This document shows positions 22,620-33,384 of a stretch of DNA of 64,000 nt, piece by piece. Each line of letters starts with the position of its first letter. The stretch's first letter is position 1. The position numbers and the translations under genes were made by a program. Below the pieces are notes generated by a model. The model saw only the letters and a list, made by a program, of their open reading frames with translations, had not been told where the DNA came from and ran no database searches. The DNA lies in NCBI GenBank assembly GCA_963664015.2, contig CAXXLF010000001.1, forward strand, positions 32,001-96,000, read 5' to 3'. This DNA comes from Candidatus Binatia bacterium (GTDB taxonomy: Bacteria; Desulfobacterota; Binatia; UBA9968; CAXXLF01).

Positions 22620-24860
22620 GTGCCCCGTCTTTGGAATCCCAGAACCTGGGCCGGGATCACGCCCGGTGGCATCGGGCATATCAAGCCCAATCCATACGCC
22701 GAGATTGCTAAAACTATCTGGCACAACCGTAATCAGCTCCCATTTGCCTGGCGGATCCTCAGTAAAGGTGTTTGCGATGGCTGTGCCCTGGGCACCCGGG
22801 GCCTTCGCGATTTCACGATTGAAGGGATCCACCTGTGCATGATCAGGCTCAACCTCTTACGCCTGAACACCATGCCTGCACTGGATACGAAAATCCTGGC
22901 AAACGCAAAAGAGCTGCAGGGCAAAAATGGCCGCGAGCTGCGAGACCTGGGGAGACTGTCTTACCCAATGGTTCGGTGCCGCGGAGAAGCCGGTTTTCGG
23001 CGCGTCTCTTGGGATGAGGCCTTGGAACGCATTGCCTCAAGGATCCGTAAGACGGTTCCCGAGCGGCTCGCTTTTTACCTCACGTCACGGGGTATCACCA
23101 ATGAGGTCTATTACGTGGCCCAGAAGGTAGCCCGTTTTCTGGGCACCAACAACGTGGACAATTCGGCGCGCATCTGCCACGCCCCCAGCACCGTCGCACT
23201 GAAGCAGACACTGGGAGTGGCCGCCTCGACCTGCTCCTACAAGGACTGGATCGGCAGCGACCTGATCGTCTTCATCGGTAGTGACACTCCTAACAACCAA
23301 CCGGTTACGACTAAATACCTCTACTACGCTAAAAAGAAGGGCACAAAAGTCGCCGTTATTAATCCGCTGCGGGAGCCGGGGCTGGAGCGTTACTGGGTAC
23401 CATCGGTGCTTGAGAGCGCCCTGTTCGGGACCAAGCTGGCCGATGAGTTCTTTACCGTCCACACTGGCGGGGATATCGCATTTATTAACGGAGTGATCAA
23501 ATTGCTCCTCGAAAACAAGACGGTTGACGAAGCGTTCATCCGAAAACATACGGTGGGATTTGATCAGCTTAAAGCAAAGCTGGAGGGCCAAACGTGGGAG
23601 ATTTTAGAAAAATACTCGGGAGCATCCCGGGATGCGATGAACCGTTTCGCCCAAATGTATGCCAAGGCCAAATCGGCAATCTTCGTTTGGAGCATGGGGA
23701 TCACCCAGCACAGTTACGGTGTCGAGAACGTCAAGGCGATCGTCAATCTGGCGTTGGCCCGAGGAATGGTTGGAAGGGAAATGTGCGGTCTCATGCCGAT
23801 TCGGGGACACAGCGGGGTACAGGGCGGTTCCGAGGTCGGGTGCAGCCCGACCAGTTACCCTGGTGGAGATCCCATAGGTCCGGAGACAGTAGAAAAATTC
23901 ACGTCCCTATGGGGATTCCCGGTCCCGAAGACGAAGGGGCTATCCGCCGTGGATATGATCGTCAACGCCCACCAGGGACGGATCGATTTACTTTATTCGG
24001 CTGGTGGAAATTTCCTCGAAACCTTGCCGGAGCCGTGTTACGTCGAAGAGGCCCTGGCAAATGTTCCTCTTCGAGTCCACCAGGACATCGTGCTCTCCAG
24101 TCAGATGTTTGTGGAACCGGCGGATGAGGTTGTCCTCCTTCCGGCCCAAACCCGCTACGAGCAACGGGGCGGCGGGACGGAAACTAGTACCGAGCGATAT
24201 ATTATTTACAGCCCTGAAATTACGGGAAGACGCATCGGTGAAAGCAAGCCCGAGTGGGAGATACTCATGCAGCTCGCCGAACGAACCTATCCAGAGCGGC
24301 TGAAGCAGATTCACTTCGACGATGCTCATGCAATTCGAAAGGAAATTGCCGATTCGGTTCCTGCCTACCGGGGCATTGAGAAATTCCAGCATCAAGGTGA
24401 TGCCGTGCAGTGGGGTGGCAGGATTCTATGCCGCGATGGCCTATTTTCGACTGCCGACGGAAAGGCGCGATTTTCGCCGTTGACACCCCCCCAAATTGAA
24501 CTGCCCGAGGGGTGGTTTTTCATGAGTACCCGACGGGGTAAACAGTTCAACAGCATGGTGCAGTCTGCTTACGATCCACTCACAGGCGCCACCCGCGATC
24601 AGGTATTTCTCAATCCGGACGATGCCGGTCGCCTGGGGATTGCAGATGGCCAGGGGATTCTGCTGCGCTCCAGTACGGGTGAGTTTCGCGGCCGGGCCAA
24701 ATTGATGTCGATTCAACCCCGTAACGTTCAAACCTTCTGGCCCGAGGGCAATGTCCTCTTGAAACGCGGCAAAACGGATCCCCTCTGCGGGATCCCCGAC
24801 TACAACAGCCTGGTACAGGTCATACCGTTAGGGTTCGGGGAACGGGAAGGGGGCGTGTAG
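22620..24860 (+). CDS. FdhF/YdeP family molybdopterin oxidoreductase (formate dehydrogenase-like)
   Basis: CDGCALG, NSARICH (Cys ligand), [19 protein letters not shown]; followed by fdhD. Confidence 0.88.
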   Translation: MPRLWNPRTWAGITPGGIGHIKPNPYAEIAKTIWHNRNQLPFAWRILSKGVCDGCALGTRGLRDFTIEGIHLCMIRLNLLRLNTMPALDTKILANAKELQGKNGRELRDLGRLSYPMVRCRGEAGFRRVSWDEALERIASRIRKTVPERLAFYLTSRGITNEVYYVAQKVARFLGTNNVDNSARICHAPSTVALKQTLGVAASTCSYKDWIGSDLIVFIGSDTPNNQPVTTKYLYYAKKKGTKVAVINPLREPGLERYWVPSVLESALFGTKLADEFFTVHTGGDIAFINGVIKLLLENKTVDEAFIRKHTVGFDQLKAKLEGQTWEILEKYSGASRDAMNRFAQMYAKAKSAIFVWSMGITQHSYGVENVKAIVNLALARGMVGREMCGLMPIRGHSGVQGGSEVGCSPTSYPGGDPIGPETVEKFTSLWGFPVPKTKGLSAVDMIVNAHQGRIDLLYSAGGNFLETLPEPCYVEEALANVPLRVHQDIVLSSQMFVEPADEVVLLPAQTRYEQRGGGTETSTERYIIYSPEITGRRIGESKPEWEILMQLAERTYPERLKQIHFDDAHAIRKEIADSVPAYRGIEKFQHQGDAVQWGGRILCRDGLFSTADGKARFSPLTPPQIELPEGWFFMSTRRGKQFNSMVQSAYDPLTGATRDQVFLNPDDAGRLGIADGQGILLRSSTGEFRGRAKLMSIQPRNVQTFWPEGNVLLKRGKTDPLCGIPDYNSLVQVIPLGFGEREGGV

Positions 24861-24863
24861 TCC

Positions 24864-25742
24864 ATGTCTTTCAAACAGTCCCTCCTGACGGGAGGCAAGC
24901 GATTTTCAATTCATCAGGTTCGCGGCCTTGACACAATGATTAACGACGATGTTCTCGCCGTGGAAGAGCCCTTGGAGTTGAGGCTGGAATCAGGGACGGA
25001 AAAGGAAAGGACCGAAAAGAGTATCTCGATCACGATGCGCACTCCTGGCCATGACGTCGAACTGGCAGCGGGCTTTTTTTATACGGAAGGAATCATCCAT
25101 GGTCGCAGCGATATTGAGGATCTTGCCCAGGTGCCAGGTCCAGGACAGCGGCTGGAGCTATGCAATGTGGTACGCCTTCGACTTCAGCCTGATGTAACGT
25201 TCGATCCCAAGCTCATCGAACGACATTTCTATACCACTTCCAGCTGCGGAGTCTGCGGCAAGGCGAGCCTTGAAGCCCTGAGAATCAACAGGTCAACGGC
25301 TATTGGCTTCACTACCGTTTCCCTCGCCGCCAAGACCCTGGAAAATATCGCAAGTGAACTCATAACGTCCCAGAAGCTCTTTCAATTGACTGGCGGTCTG
25401 CACGCCGCAGGTCTTTTCAACCCCTCCGGCCAACTACTCTGTCTGCACGAAGACGTGGGTCGACACAACGCCGTGGACAAGGTTATCGGCGACAGATTGA
25501 TAAAAGGCCACCTGCCGCTGAAAGACTCGGTCCTGATGGTCAGCGGCAGGGCAAGCTTCGAAATCATGCAAAAGGCGCTAATGGCCCGCATTCCCATCGT
25601 TGCCGCCGTAAGCGCCCCATCTAGTTTGGCCGTGGAGTTGGCCAAAACATTTAATATGACGCTGCTTGGCTTTGTGCGCGGAAACAAGTTCAACATCTAC
25701 AGCGGGGCCTCGCGGATTAAATCTGGCGTCACGCCCTCATAA
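24864..25742 (+). CDS. fdhD: Formate dehydrogenase accessory sulfurtransferase FdhD
   Basis: TMRTPGHD, SSCGVCG, TGGLHAA, EDVGRHNAVDK. Confidence 0.95.
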   Translation: MSFKQSLLTGGKRFSIHQVRGLDTMINDDVLAVEEPLELRLESGTEKERTEKSISITMRTPGHDVELAAGFFYTEGIIHGRSDIEDLAQVPGPGQRLELCNVVRLRLQPDVTFDPKLIERHFYTTSSCGVCGKASLEALRINRSTAIGFTTVSLAAKTLENIASELITSQKLFQLTGGLHAAGLFNPSGQLLCLHEDVGRHNAVDKVIGDRLIKGHLPLKDSVLMVSGRASFEIMQKALMARIPIVAAVSAPSSLAVELAKTFNMTLLGFVRGNKFNIYSGASRIKSGVTPS

Positions 25743-25838
25743 CCCCTGTACAAGCGCTCAAGTTGAAATAAACCCAGGGAATTTGTAAGGTAGCGAGGCG
25801 ATTCCACAACAGGTCCGACTTAGGGAAGGAACATAGCC

Positions 25839-26258
25839 ATGGCCGCAATGAGTTTGGAACTTGCGCAAGATTGCATCGAGCGAATCAGGCGCAAGGCCGC
25901 CGAAAAGGGCGTTGACGTGTCCATCGCGGTTGTCGACGATGCCGGCAGCCTCGTCGCTTACGCCCGTATGGGAATAAGGCGCGTTGGATTCGGCGAAAAG
26001 GTTGCCATGGCCAAAGCCAAAACCGCCGTGGCATTCAAGAAGGATACCGAAACAGTGAGAAAAGGTTTCGTGGACAAACCCGGCAACTATAACATCATTG
26101 GGTTGTCTGCCATGTATCCGGGCGAGTTCTGGGTAGGGGCCGGGGGCGTCCCCGTGGTCATCGAAGGCCAGATGATTGGCGGAGTAGGTGTGGCGGGTCC
26201 ATCCCCCGAGGAACTGCAGGCTTGGGTGAAGGAGGCCATTGGCGAACTAGTGGGGTAA
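25839..26258 (+). CDS. GlcG/HbpS family heme-binding protein
   Basis: IAVVDDAG, KAKTA, GGVPV..GGVGVAG. Confidence 0.85.
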   Translation: MAAMSLELAQDCIERIRRKAAEKGVDVSIAVVDDAGSLVAYARMGIRRVGFGEKVAMAKAKTAVAFKKDTETVRKGFVDKPGNYNIIGLSAMYPGEFWVGAGGVPVVIEGQMIGGVGVAGPSPEELQAWVKEAIGELVG

Positions 26259-26376
26259 TCTCTTTGGAATATAAGAAATAGTAACAAACTTTCCACAATC
26301 CAGGGAGCCTGATTTACCGAAATCTACAAATTTCCTGAGACGCGAAAAACAATCTTAACGGGAAGGAATATCAACA

Positions 26377-27540
26377 ATGCATGAAATCAAACAGACCTGG
26401 GACGATCAGCGACTGAAACGGGACCGCATCGCAAGGGCCCGCGAGCAAATGAAGAAGTGGGGCATCGGGGCCATGTATCTATGCGACAACGCGGTCGCCG
26501 GCCGATACCTGCTGGCACAGAAGGTGCCCGGCGGTGAACTCTTCGTTCCACCGGAAGGGGAAGTCCTTGCCTTTATACGGGGTCGGGACCAGGGCTACGT
26601 CAAAATGCACCACTCCAATGTACAGGAGCCCCTCTATCGCCGTGATGCGGCACGAGACGGCACTAGCGCTGATGAGGTTAAACGCTTTGGGACGGTGATT
26701 GCAGATCTGATGGCCAAGTACGGGTTGGCCGGGGAGGTCCTCGGCGTGGACCGTCTGTCCAGTTCCCTTATCCTTTCTCTCAATGACGCTGGGATCCGGC
26801 TCGCCGATGCCGCCCCGGTTATCGAGCATGCGGGTGCGGTCAAGACACAGGACGAATTGGAAATCTTTCGCATTATCGGAGACCAATATTTCCATACGGT
26901 CAGCGCCTTCCGTGACGCCATCCGGCCGGGGATCAGTGAAAACGAACTGGCTTCTATCGTGGTTTCTGCCTGGTATGAGGCCGGAGGCGAAGATATTGCC
27001 CAGCTCAATGTCTGCTCAGGAGAGAACATGAATCCATGGCGCCGTTGGCCAACCCAGCGCAAGATAAAAGAAGGGGAGTTCGTAGGCCTCGACCTCCACG
27101 GTCGCGGAATCCATGGCCTCAGAGGTGACGGTTCGCGCACCTTCTTCGTAGGCGATAAGCCAAGCGTCGAACAGCGGGATCTCTACAAACGGGCGTACAA
27201 TTATTTGATGAACACCATCGACATATTCCATTCGGGCCGGTCCTTTGCCGAAGTACTCGAGCGCCAACCGGATGTCCCCGACAAGTATGCCGTTCAACTT
27301 GACAACTACAACATCGGCCACGGCATGGGCCTCGGTTCGTCCGGTTACCCGCACATCACCAAGAAAAAGGCCCAAGCAGATGCGTATCTGGAACCCAATC
27401 AGGTCATCGCCGTCGAATGTTACATGGGCGAGGTCGGAAGCACCCAGGCGGTAAAACTCGAGGAGATCATCGTGGTACGCGAAGGAAAGGCCGAGATTTT
27501 GAGGCCTGGAATCCCTTATGACGAACGGCTACTAGACTAA
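26377..27540 (+). CDS. M24 (Xaa-Pro peptidase/creatinase fold) metallohydrolase
   Basis: Metal ligands D, D (DGSRTF), H (GHGMG), E (AVE), E (KLEE). Confidence 0.85.
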   Translation: MHEIKQTWDDQRLKRDRIARAREQMKKWGIGAMYLCDNAVAGRYLLAQKVPGGELFVPPEGEVLAFIRGRDQGYVKMHHSNVQEPLYRRDAARDGTSADEVKRFGTVIADLMAKYGLAGEVLGVDRLSSSLILSLNDAGIRLADAAPVIEHAGAVKTQDELEIFRIIGDQYFHTVSAFRDAIRPGISENELASIVVSAWYEAGGEDIAQLNVCSGENMNPWRRWPTQRKIKEGEFVGLDLHGRGIHGLRGDGSRTFFVGDKPSVEQRDLYKRAYNYLMNTIDIFHSGRSFAEVLERQPDVPDKYAVQLDNYNIGHGMGLGSSGYPHITKKKAQADAYLEPNQVIAVECYMGEVGSTQAVKLEEIIVVREGKAEILRPGIPYDERLLD

Positions 27541-27571
27541 CGTCGGCGGAGTTTCGCTGGACGGTGGAGGT

Positions 27572-29543
27572 CGAACCATGGGAGCGATCCTAAGGCGATA
27601 CGAAAATAGAATCGAAAGGGAGCTGAGGGACGGGAAGTCCAGGGGGATCCGAGTAGCACCAACCACCGGTTCATCCAACGGCAACGGTTCTCATTCAGGT
27701 CCCTCTCTGGAAGATTCCCGCGCCAGCATTCCCCCACTGGGACTTCGGGAGTACTGGTATCCTGCCCTGGCGGCAAAAAAAGTACGCCGCAAGCCTCTCT
27801 ACTGGAATATGCTCGGCGACGATCTGACCTTTTTCCGGGACAAGCAGGGAGAGGTCGTTGCCATTTCCGACATCTGCCCCCACCGCGGCGCCAGCTTGAG
27901 CGAGGGAGACTGCTTCTACAAGGGTTTTCTTTCATGCCCATACCACGGCGCCACCTTCGACGGGAACGGCGAGTGCGTCGCCTTCATCCCCGAGGGACCC
28001 GATTCCAAGATGGTCGGTAACTTGAGGATACGATCCTACCCGACAAAGACGCTACGAGAGTGGGTCTTTGTCTGGATGGGCGAGGGAGAGCCCGCTCCTA
28101 TCGAAGAAGACGTCCCACCGGAATTCTTTGAAGAAGGCAACGTGGTCATTAGCTCCTATACCTACTGGCCCATCAACTGGCTCATTGCTATTGAGAACCA
28201 TAGCGATTCTCATAACGCCCTCTACCTACACCGAAACTCTATCAAGCAGTTTCTGGGATTGTCCGCCGGGCGGACGCGTACTCCCCTCGGGGCACAGGGG
28301 AAAATCGTCAATGGACGGGGCCTGATCACCACCCACGCAAATGCCAAGTATTACGCCAAAAACGGTAAAGTTCCCTACCAGATGTACTATCCCGGAGTAG
28401 ACGGAGTTTGGCCGCAAAACCGTTGGCGTCTGCTCTGGCAATGGTTTTTCAAGCTCCTTTCGGGACCAAAAAAAGAAGGGAAGTACTTTGACGGGTACGA
28501 AGAATGGGGCCAGGGTCACCATCTCCCTGGGGTGGTCCGGACCGGCGGTGGCAGCACGAGGTATTCTATCGCTGCTGGGCCGAATTTATCACGCATCCTT
28601 TATTTCTATTTTCCACGAGCCGGCAACGAGGTAACTCGCACCCTACAGAGAATGTTCTACTACTTCATCTACGATCCATTGGAGTACAACTTTAGCAGTC
28701 AAGACGGTTGGGGGACCTCCTCGTGCCGCTACTGGACACCGGAACATCTCTCTTCGACGGACTCGCAGATCCTTGTTTTGCGCAAACTAATTTCAGAAGT
28801 CTCCAGGGACGCGCAACTGAGAAAGGCCGGGCCGGCCCACAGGGACCGGCGGTTGGAAAAACACAAGGAGGTCCAAGGTTAAGCGGACGCCGAACCATGG
28901 GAGCGATCCTAAGGCGATACGAAAATAGAATCGAAAGGGAGCTGAGGGACGGGAAGTCCAGGGGGATCCGAGTAGCACCAACCACCGGTTCATCCAACGG
29001 CAACGGTTCTCATTCAGGTCCCTCTCTGGAAGATTCCCGCGCCAGCATTCCCCCACTGGGACTTCGGGAGTACTGGTATCCTGCCCTGGCGGCAAAAAAA
29101 GTACGCCGCAAGCCTCTCTACTGGAATATGCTCGGCGACGATCTGACCTTTTTCCGGGACAAGCAGGGAGAGGTCGTTGCCATTTCCGACATCTGCCCCC
29201 ACCGCGGCGCCAGCTTGAGCGAGGGAGACTGCTTCTACAAGGGTTTTCTTTCATGCCCATACCACGGCGCCACCTTCGACGGGAACGGCGAGTGCGTCGC
29301 CTTCATCCCCGAGGGACCCGATTCCAAGATGGTCGGTAACTTGAGGATACGATCCTACCCGACAAAGACGCTACGAGAGTGGGTCTTTGTCTGGATGGGC
29401 GAGGGAGAGCCCGCTCCTATCGAAGAAGACGTCCCACCGGAATTCTTTGAAGAAGGCAACGTGGTCATTAGCTCCTATACCTACTGGCCCATCAACTGGC
29501 TCATTGCTATTGAGAACCATAGCGATTCTCATAACGCCCTCTA
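27572..29543 (+). repeat. Exact 653-bp direct repeat (27572-28224 = 28891-29543)
   Basis: By eye the two segments are identical from CGAACCATGGGAGCG to CATAACGCCCTCTA; offset 1319 bp. Confidence 0.9.
27578..28882 (+). CDS. Rieske non-heme iron oxygenase alpha subunit, copy 1
   Basis: CPHRG...CPYHG, ENHSDSHNALYLH, NFSSQD. Confidence 0.9.
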   Translation: MGAILRRYENRIERELRDGKSRGIRVAPTTGSSNGNGSHSGPSLEDSRASIPPLGLREYWYPALAAKKVRRKPLYWNMLGDDLTFFRDKQGEVVAISDICPHRGASLSEGDCFYKGFLSCPYHGATFDGNGECVAFIPEGPDSKMVGNLRIRSYPTKTLREWVFVWMGEGEPAPIEEDVPPEFFEEGNVVISSYTYWPINWLIAIENHSDSHNALYLHRNSIKQFLGLSAGRTRTPLGAQGKIVNGRGLITTHANAKYYAKNGKVPYQMYYPGVDGVWPQNRWRLLWQWFFKLLSGPKKEGKYFDGYEEWGQGHHLPGVVRTGGGSTRYSIAAGPNLSRILYFYFPRAGNEVTRTLQRMFYYFIYDPLEYNFSSQDGWGTSSCRYWTPEHLSSTDSQILVLRKLISEVSRDAQLRKAGPAHRDRRLEKHKEVQG

Positions 29544-30210
29544 TCTGCATCGAAATTCTATCAATCAGCTGATCGGCTTGTATCCAGGAAGGACACGTAC
29601 GCCCTTGAGCTCCCATGGAAAGATCGTCAACGGGCGAGGACTGGTGACGACCCACGGAGGTTTCAACTATTACGCCAGGGACGGGAAGGTCCCGTTTCAA
29701 ATGGTTTACCCGGCAGTGAATGGAAAATGGCCCCTCAACCGGGGGCGCTTGCTTTTGCTGCGCATTTGTAAACTCTTCATGAAGAAACAGCCCAGGCCGT
29801 TCGCAAAATACGAGGAATGGGGTCAGGGCCATCACCTGCCGTCGGTGGTCCGCACAGGAGGCGGAAGCACTCGATATGCGGTCCCAGTAGATGCAAACAC
29901 TTCGCGCATCGTCTATTTTTATTTCCCACGCCCCCAAACCCGAGTGACCCGGGCCTGGAAAAGGGTTTCCTTCACACTGATCCGCAACTCATTGGAGTAC
30001 AATTTTAGCGGCCAGGACAGGACCGCGGCAGCCTCGTGCCGTTTTTGGACAACCGAGCACCTTGCTCCAACAGACTCGCAGATCACTATATTTCGCAAGA
30101 TGATTACCGAACTCTCCAGGGACGCGCAGAGGGAAAGGACCCAAATCGGCCAAGGGGAAGAGATTCAAAGGAACCGGAGTCAGGAGCCGCCCATCGCACC
30201 GAAAAGTTAA
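28897..30210 (+). CDS. Rieske non-heme iron oxygenase alpha subunit, copy 2
   Basis: Identical N-terminal half to copy 1; diverged C-terminal half with NFSGQD. Confidence 0.9.
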   Translation: MGAILRRYENRIERELRDGKSRGIRVAPTTGSSNGNGSHSGPSLEDSRASIPPLGLREYWYPALAAKKVRRKPLYWNMLGDDLTFFRDKQGEVVAISDICPHRGASLSEGDCFYKGFLSCPYHGATFDGNGECVAFIPEGPDSKMVGNLRIRSYPTKTLREWVFVWMGEGEPAPIEEDVPPEFFEEGNVVISSYTYWPINWLIAIENHSDSHNALYLHRNSINQLIGLYPGRTRTPLSSHGKIVNGRGLVTTHGGFNYYARDGKVPFQMVYPAVNGKWPLNRGRLLLLRICKLFMKKQPRPFAKYEEWGQGHHLPSVVRTGGGSTRYAVPVDANTSRIVYFYFPRPQTRVTRAWKRVSFTLIRNSLEYNFSGQDRTAAASCRFWTTEHLAPTDSQITIFRKMITELSRDAQRERTQIGQGEEIQRNRSQEPPIAPKS

Positions 30211-30416
30211 TCCCACAGTTCATCCTGTGCCCACAGCTGGCGGAATCATGTCTTGAATTGGGAATCTCTTTCTGGCACCTACCCAATCCTAGAATTCCTT
30301 GCTCCACTCTCGGTTGTAATCATCCCAGGGACCCTGATTGTGCCAAAGGGCAGCAACGGGAGGCCTTCCCCTGATCGGATATAATAACCGGACTTCGAAG
30401 GATTAGTTGATTAATT

Positions 30417-31814
30417 ATGGTTGAAAAGATCACCAAAGAGGAACTCACCACCCTGATCGCCGTCTGTGGGGTAGCTTTCCTTTTTTCCTCCAGCTTTTTC
30501 GGTATCAATATCGCTCTACCCGCCATCCAGAAAGATTTTGGAAGCAGCCTGGGAGCCATTCAGTGGATATCCATCATGGGCAACGTCATGGTGTCCAGTC
30601 TCTCCCTCTGCTTCGGACGGCTGGGGGATCTGAGAGCGAAAAAAACGATTTATAAAATAGGGGTAGCCCTCTATACAATCGGTTCCGGGCTCTGCGCCAT
30701 GGCCACATCCTTTCCCCAGTTGGTCGTCTTTAGGATCTTTATGGCGATCGGCCTGGCCATGGCCTTTCCATTGACAGGCGCTATTCTCGTATCCAAGTTT
30801 TCACCCCTGAGGAGGGGACGGGGACTGGGGTTGCTCGCCTCGGCCATGGCCCTCGGAAGGATATCGGGACCCTCACTCGGTGGACTCGTTGTCGATTTAT
30901 GGAACTGGAGAGGAATTTTTTTGACAACCTGTTTGATAGGATTACCCATTACCCTAGCGGCGGTTCTTTTGCTTAAAGGGGAGGACCAACGGCGGGACGA
31001 GCCCTTCGACTTATGGGGTAGCTTATCCCTATTGATCGGCTATCCAGCACTGCTTATAGCCTTGAGTCTCGGCTCGAGGTCGGGTTGGCACTCCTTCCCT
31101 GTGTACCTTTGGTTGGGTCTCTCTCTAGTTGGATGGTTCAGTTTCGCTGTCATCGAATCTCGCACCGAAAAACCGCTGATTCGCCTTTCCTTTTTTCGGA
31201 TCCCAACACTTTCCGTCGCCATGTTATGCGAGGTTTTCACTTGGTCTGCTTTCTCCCCGATTTACCTCTTTGCCCCACTGTATATGCAGAACGTGTTGAA
31301 TTTGTCTCCATTAACGTCGGGGCTCATATTGACCACGCCTCCTTTATTCATTGCTGCCCTATCTCCCGTCAGTGGTTGGCTTGCCGATCGGAGAGACAGT
31401 CAACTCCTTATAACCGGTGGGTTATGCTTCATCATATTGGGCATATTGTTTTATTCCCGATCGGGGCCCATGACGAGTCCTCTCTGGGTGGGATTTGCTC
31501 TGTCTCTGATCGGTCTCGGCAACGGATTGTTTATCCCGGCCAACCAGAGGGCTGCCTTCTCCAGCGTGAGTGAAGCGGATTACGGAGTGGTATCCGCCAT
31601 GCTTTTATCTTTTGGCCTAGCATCGGGCACCCTGGGTACCACCATGGCCGTAGCACTCCTGGAATGGAAGACGGGAGGAAAAGGGATCTTGGCAGATCCG
31701 ACAAGCTTCGCCGAGGCGCAACAGTTTGTCTTCTCCCTATTGCTTCCCCTTGCCGTGGCAGCCGCCCTTATTTCCTTCGGAACCAAATCAAGAAAGTCGG
31801 TTAAATCACTATAG
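30417..31814 (+). CDS. MFS transporter (DHA2-like)
   Basis: ~14 hydrophobic segments, GRLGDL, GPSLGG, WRGIF. Confidence 0.88.
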   Translation: MVEKITKEELTTLIAVCGVAFLFSSSFFGINIALPAIQKDFGSSLGAIQWISIMGNVMVSSLSLCFGRLGDLRAKKTIYKIGVALYTIGSGLCAMATSFPQLVVFRIFMAIGLAMAFPLTGAILVSKFSPLRRGRGLGLLASAMALGRISGPSLGGLVVDLWNWRGIFLTTCLIGLPITLAAVLLLKGEDQRRDEPFDLWGSLSLLIGYPALLIALSLGSRSGWHSFPVYLWLGLSLVGWFSFAVIESRTEKPLIRLSFFRIPTLSVAMLCEVFTWSAFSPIYLFAPLYMQNVLNLSPLTSGLILTTPPLFIAALSPVSGWLADRRDSQLLITGGLCFIILGILFYSRSGPMTSPLWVGFALSLIGLGNGLFIPANQRAAFSSVSEADYGVVSAMLLSFGLASGTLGTTMAVALLEWKTGGKGILADPTSFAEAQQFVFSLLLPLAVAAALISFGTKSRKSVKSL

Positions 31815-32154
31815 CTAGCGCTTACCTCGACGGGCTGAGATAAGGGTCGAGGAGTGCCATAGTCAATGATCCAAATTCCACTTCACCGTCATAAACAGAT
31901 CATCCTTTGGCCGGCCGGTAACATTGCTAACGGTTTCGGCGCAGGCCATGATGCAGACCGTCAAGGAAGGACCACTCCGCATTGTCCCAATCCCCTCAGG
32001 ATTGATGTGAGCAAGGCAGAGCTCCCCAAAGAAGGCTTAAAAATTACCGGGAGGCCGTATTTCGACGGCGACGATCCCAAGTATGTGGACGAACGGCTAG
32101 CGGATAAATTATTGAACAAGGTCTTCAGGAAGTAACGAGAATAAGGAGAACACC

Positions 32155-32910
32155 ATGGCGAACGTACAAGAGACTAAAGAGCTGGTAGCCGAGTCGTGCC
32201 GGATTCTCGGCAAACTAAATCTAACCAAAGAGGCAACCGGCCACGTCAGCGCCCGTGTGCCCGATTCAGACAAAGTTCTGATTCGTGCCCGGGGATCCGA
32301 GGAAGAAGGCGTCCGTTTTACCACCTCTCACGAAATCATCACGGTCGACCTGGACGGCAACAAGCTCGATGGTGACGAGGGATTGGCCCGCCCTCAGGAG
32401 GTCTTCATCCACACGTGGATTTACAAAACCAGGCCCGACGTCAATAGCGTAGTCCATATCCATCCTCCGACGGTTGTCTTGTTCACCATTTGCAACAAGC
32501 CGTTGCTACCGCTCTACGGCGCCTACGACCCTAGCGGATTAAGACTCTACACCGATGGCATCGCCAAATACCCCAGGAGTATCCTGATATCTAACGATGA
32601 ACGGGGCAAGGAATTCGCCGCAGCCATAGGGGACAAGCGGGTTTGTTTGATGCGCGGTCACGGAATCACGGCCGTAGGGAGCAGCGTGCCCGACGCCACG
32701 GTCACCGCGATCAAGCTCAACCAGCTGGCGGAAATGAATTATCAGGCGACGCTTCTGGGCAATCCGGAGCCAATATCGGATGAGGATATCCAGTCATTCT
32801 CCAACCTGGGACATATGACCGTCGAATCGGGGCGCGGTACGACGGGACATCTAACCTCTACGTGGCGCTTTTACTCACGGCTGCTTGGGCAGGAGGAACC
32901 GAAGAGATAG
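32155..32910 (+). CDS. Class II aldolase/adducin family protein
   Basis: GHVSAR, EVFIH, VVHIHP, LMRGHG. Confidence 0.9.
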   Translation: MANVQETKELVAESCRILGKLNLTKEATGHVSARVPDSDKVLIRARGSEEEGVRFTTSHEIITVDLDGNKLDGDEGLARPQEVFIHTWIYKTRPDVNSVVHIHPPTVVLFTICNKPLLPLYGAYDPSGLRLYTDGIAKYPRSILISNDERGKEFAAAIGDKRVCLMRGHGITAVGSSVPDATVTAIKLNQLAEMNYQATLLGNPEPISDEDIQSFSNLGHMTVESGRGTTGHLTSTWRFYSRLLGQEEPKR

Positions 32911-32928
32911 GGCGAGAATCTGGGCGAC

Positions 32929-32963
32929 GACGGCCCCAGCATGTCGTGCAAGCAGGGGCCGTC
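32929..32963. terminator. Hairpin between convergent genes
   Basis: GACGGCCCC...GGGGCCGTC perfect 9-bp stem. Confidence 0.5.
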
Positions 32964-32994
32964 TCCGTTAAAATAAATTCGCGTAAATCTAATT

Positions 32995-33384
32995 TTATTT
33001 CTTTTTCTTCTTTCGGGCCTTCTTGAGTTCCCCTTTACCAATCACCTTGACGGAGAGGGCGGGAAAATAAGGGTCATCCGGATCTTTATAGAGAGTCACA
33101 ACCACTTTATCGGTCTTCTCCAGATCTTTAAGTGAAATCTCTTTCCCGTTTTTGGTTATTCGGGTGACACCGGTAATCCCGATATATTTGTTCCTCAGCC
33201 GGCCCCGGCTTTCGGTCTGGTAAGAGATGGTAGCATCATCAACCCGGCTAAGAACGATGGTCATCTCTTGAATCCTCTTACCAGACTGCCCCCCGAGTCC
33301 CTTGCCACGCCGTTGGGCCGAGACGCTGCCCAGGAAGAATACCAGCATCAAAGCAGTCATAAAAACAATTTTGGTCGCTTTCAT
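32995..33384 (-). CDS. Secreted basic hypothetical protein
   Basis: Signal peptide (MKATK...VSA), beta-rich body, Lys-rich tail. Confidence 0.7.
   Translation of the reverse strand: MKATKIVFMTALMLVFFLGSVSAQRRGKGLGGQSGKRIQEMTIVLSRVDDATISYQTESRGRLRNKYIGITGVTRITKNGKEISLKDLEKTDKVVVTLYKDPDDPYFPALSVKVIGKGELKKARKKKKK

Noticed and set aside
27572-29543. Duplication as a diversity-generating retroelement TR/VR or a shufflon
   Set aside because: No reverse transcriptase or recombinase seen, the repeat is identical rather than A-mutated, and both copies are coding
31866-32135. 89-aa ORF, possibly the C-terminal remnant of a substrate-binding protein
   Set aside because: Too little recognisable similarity to call
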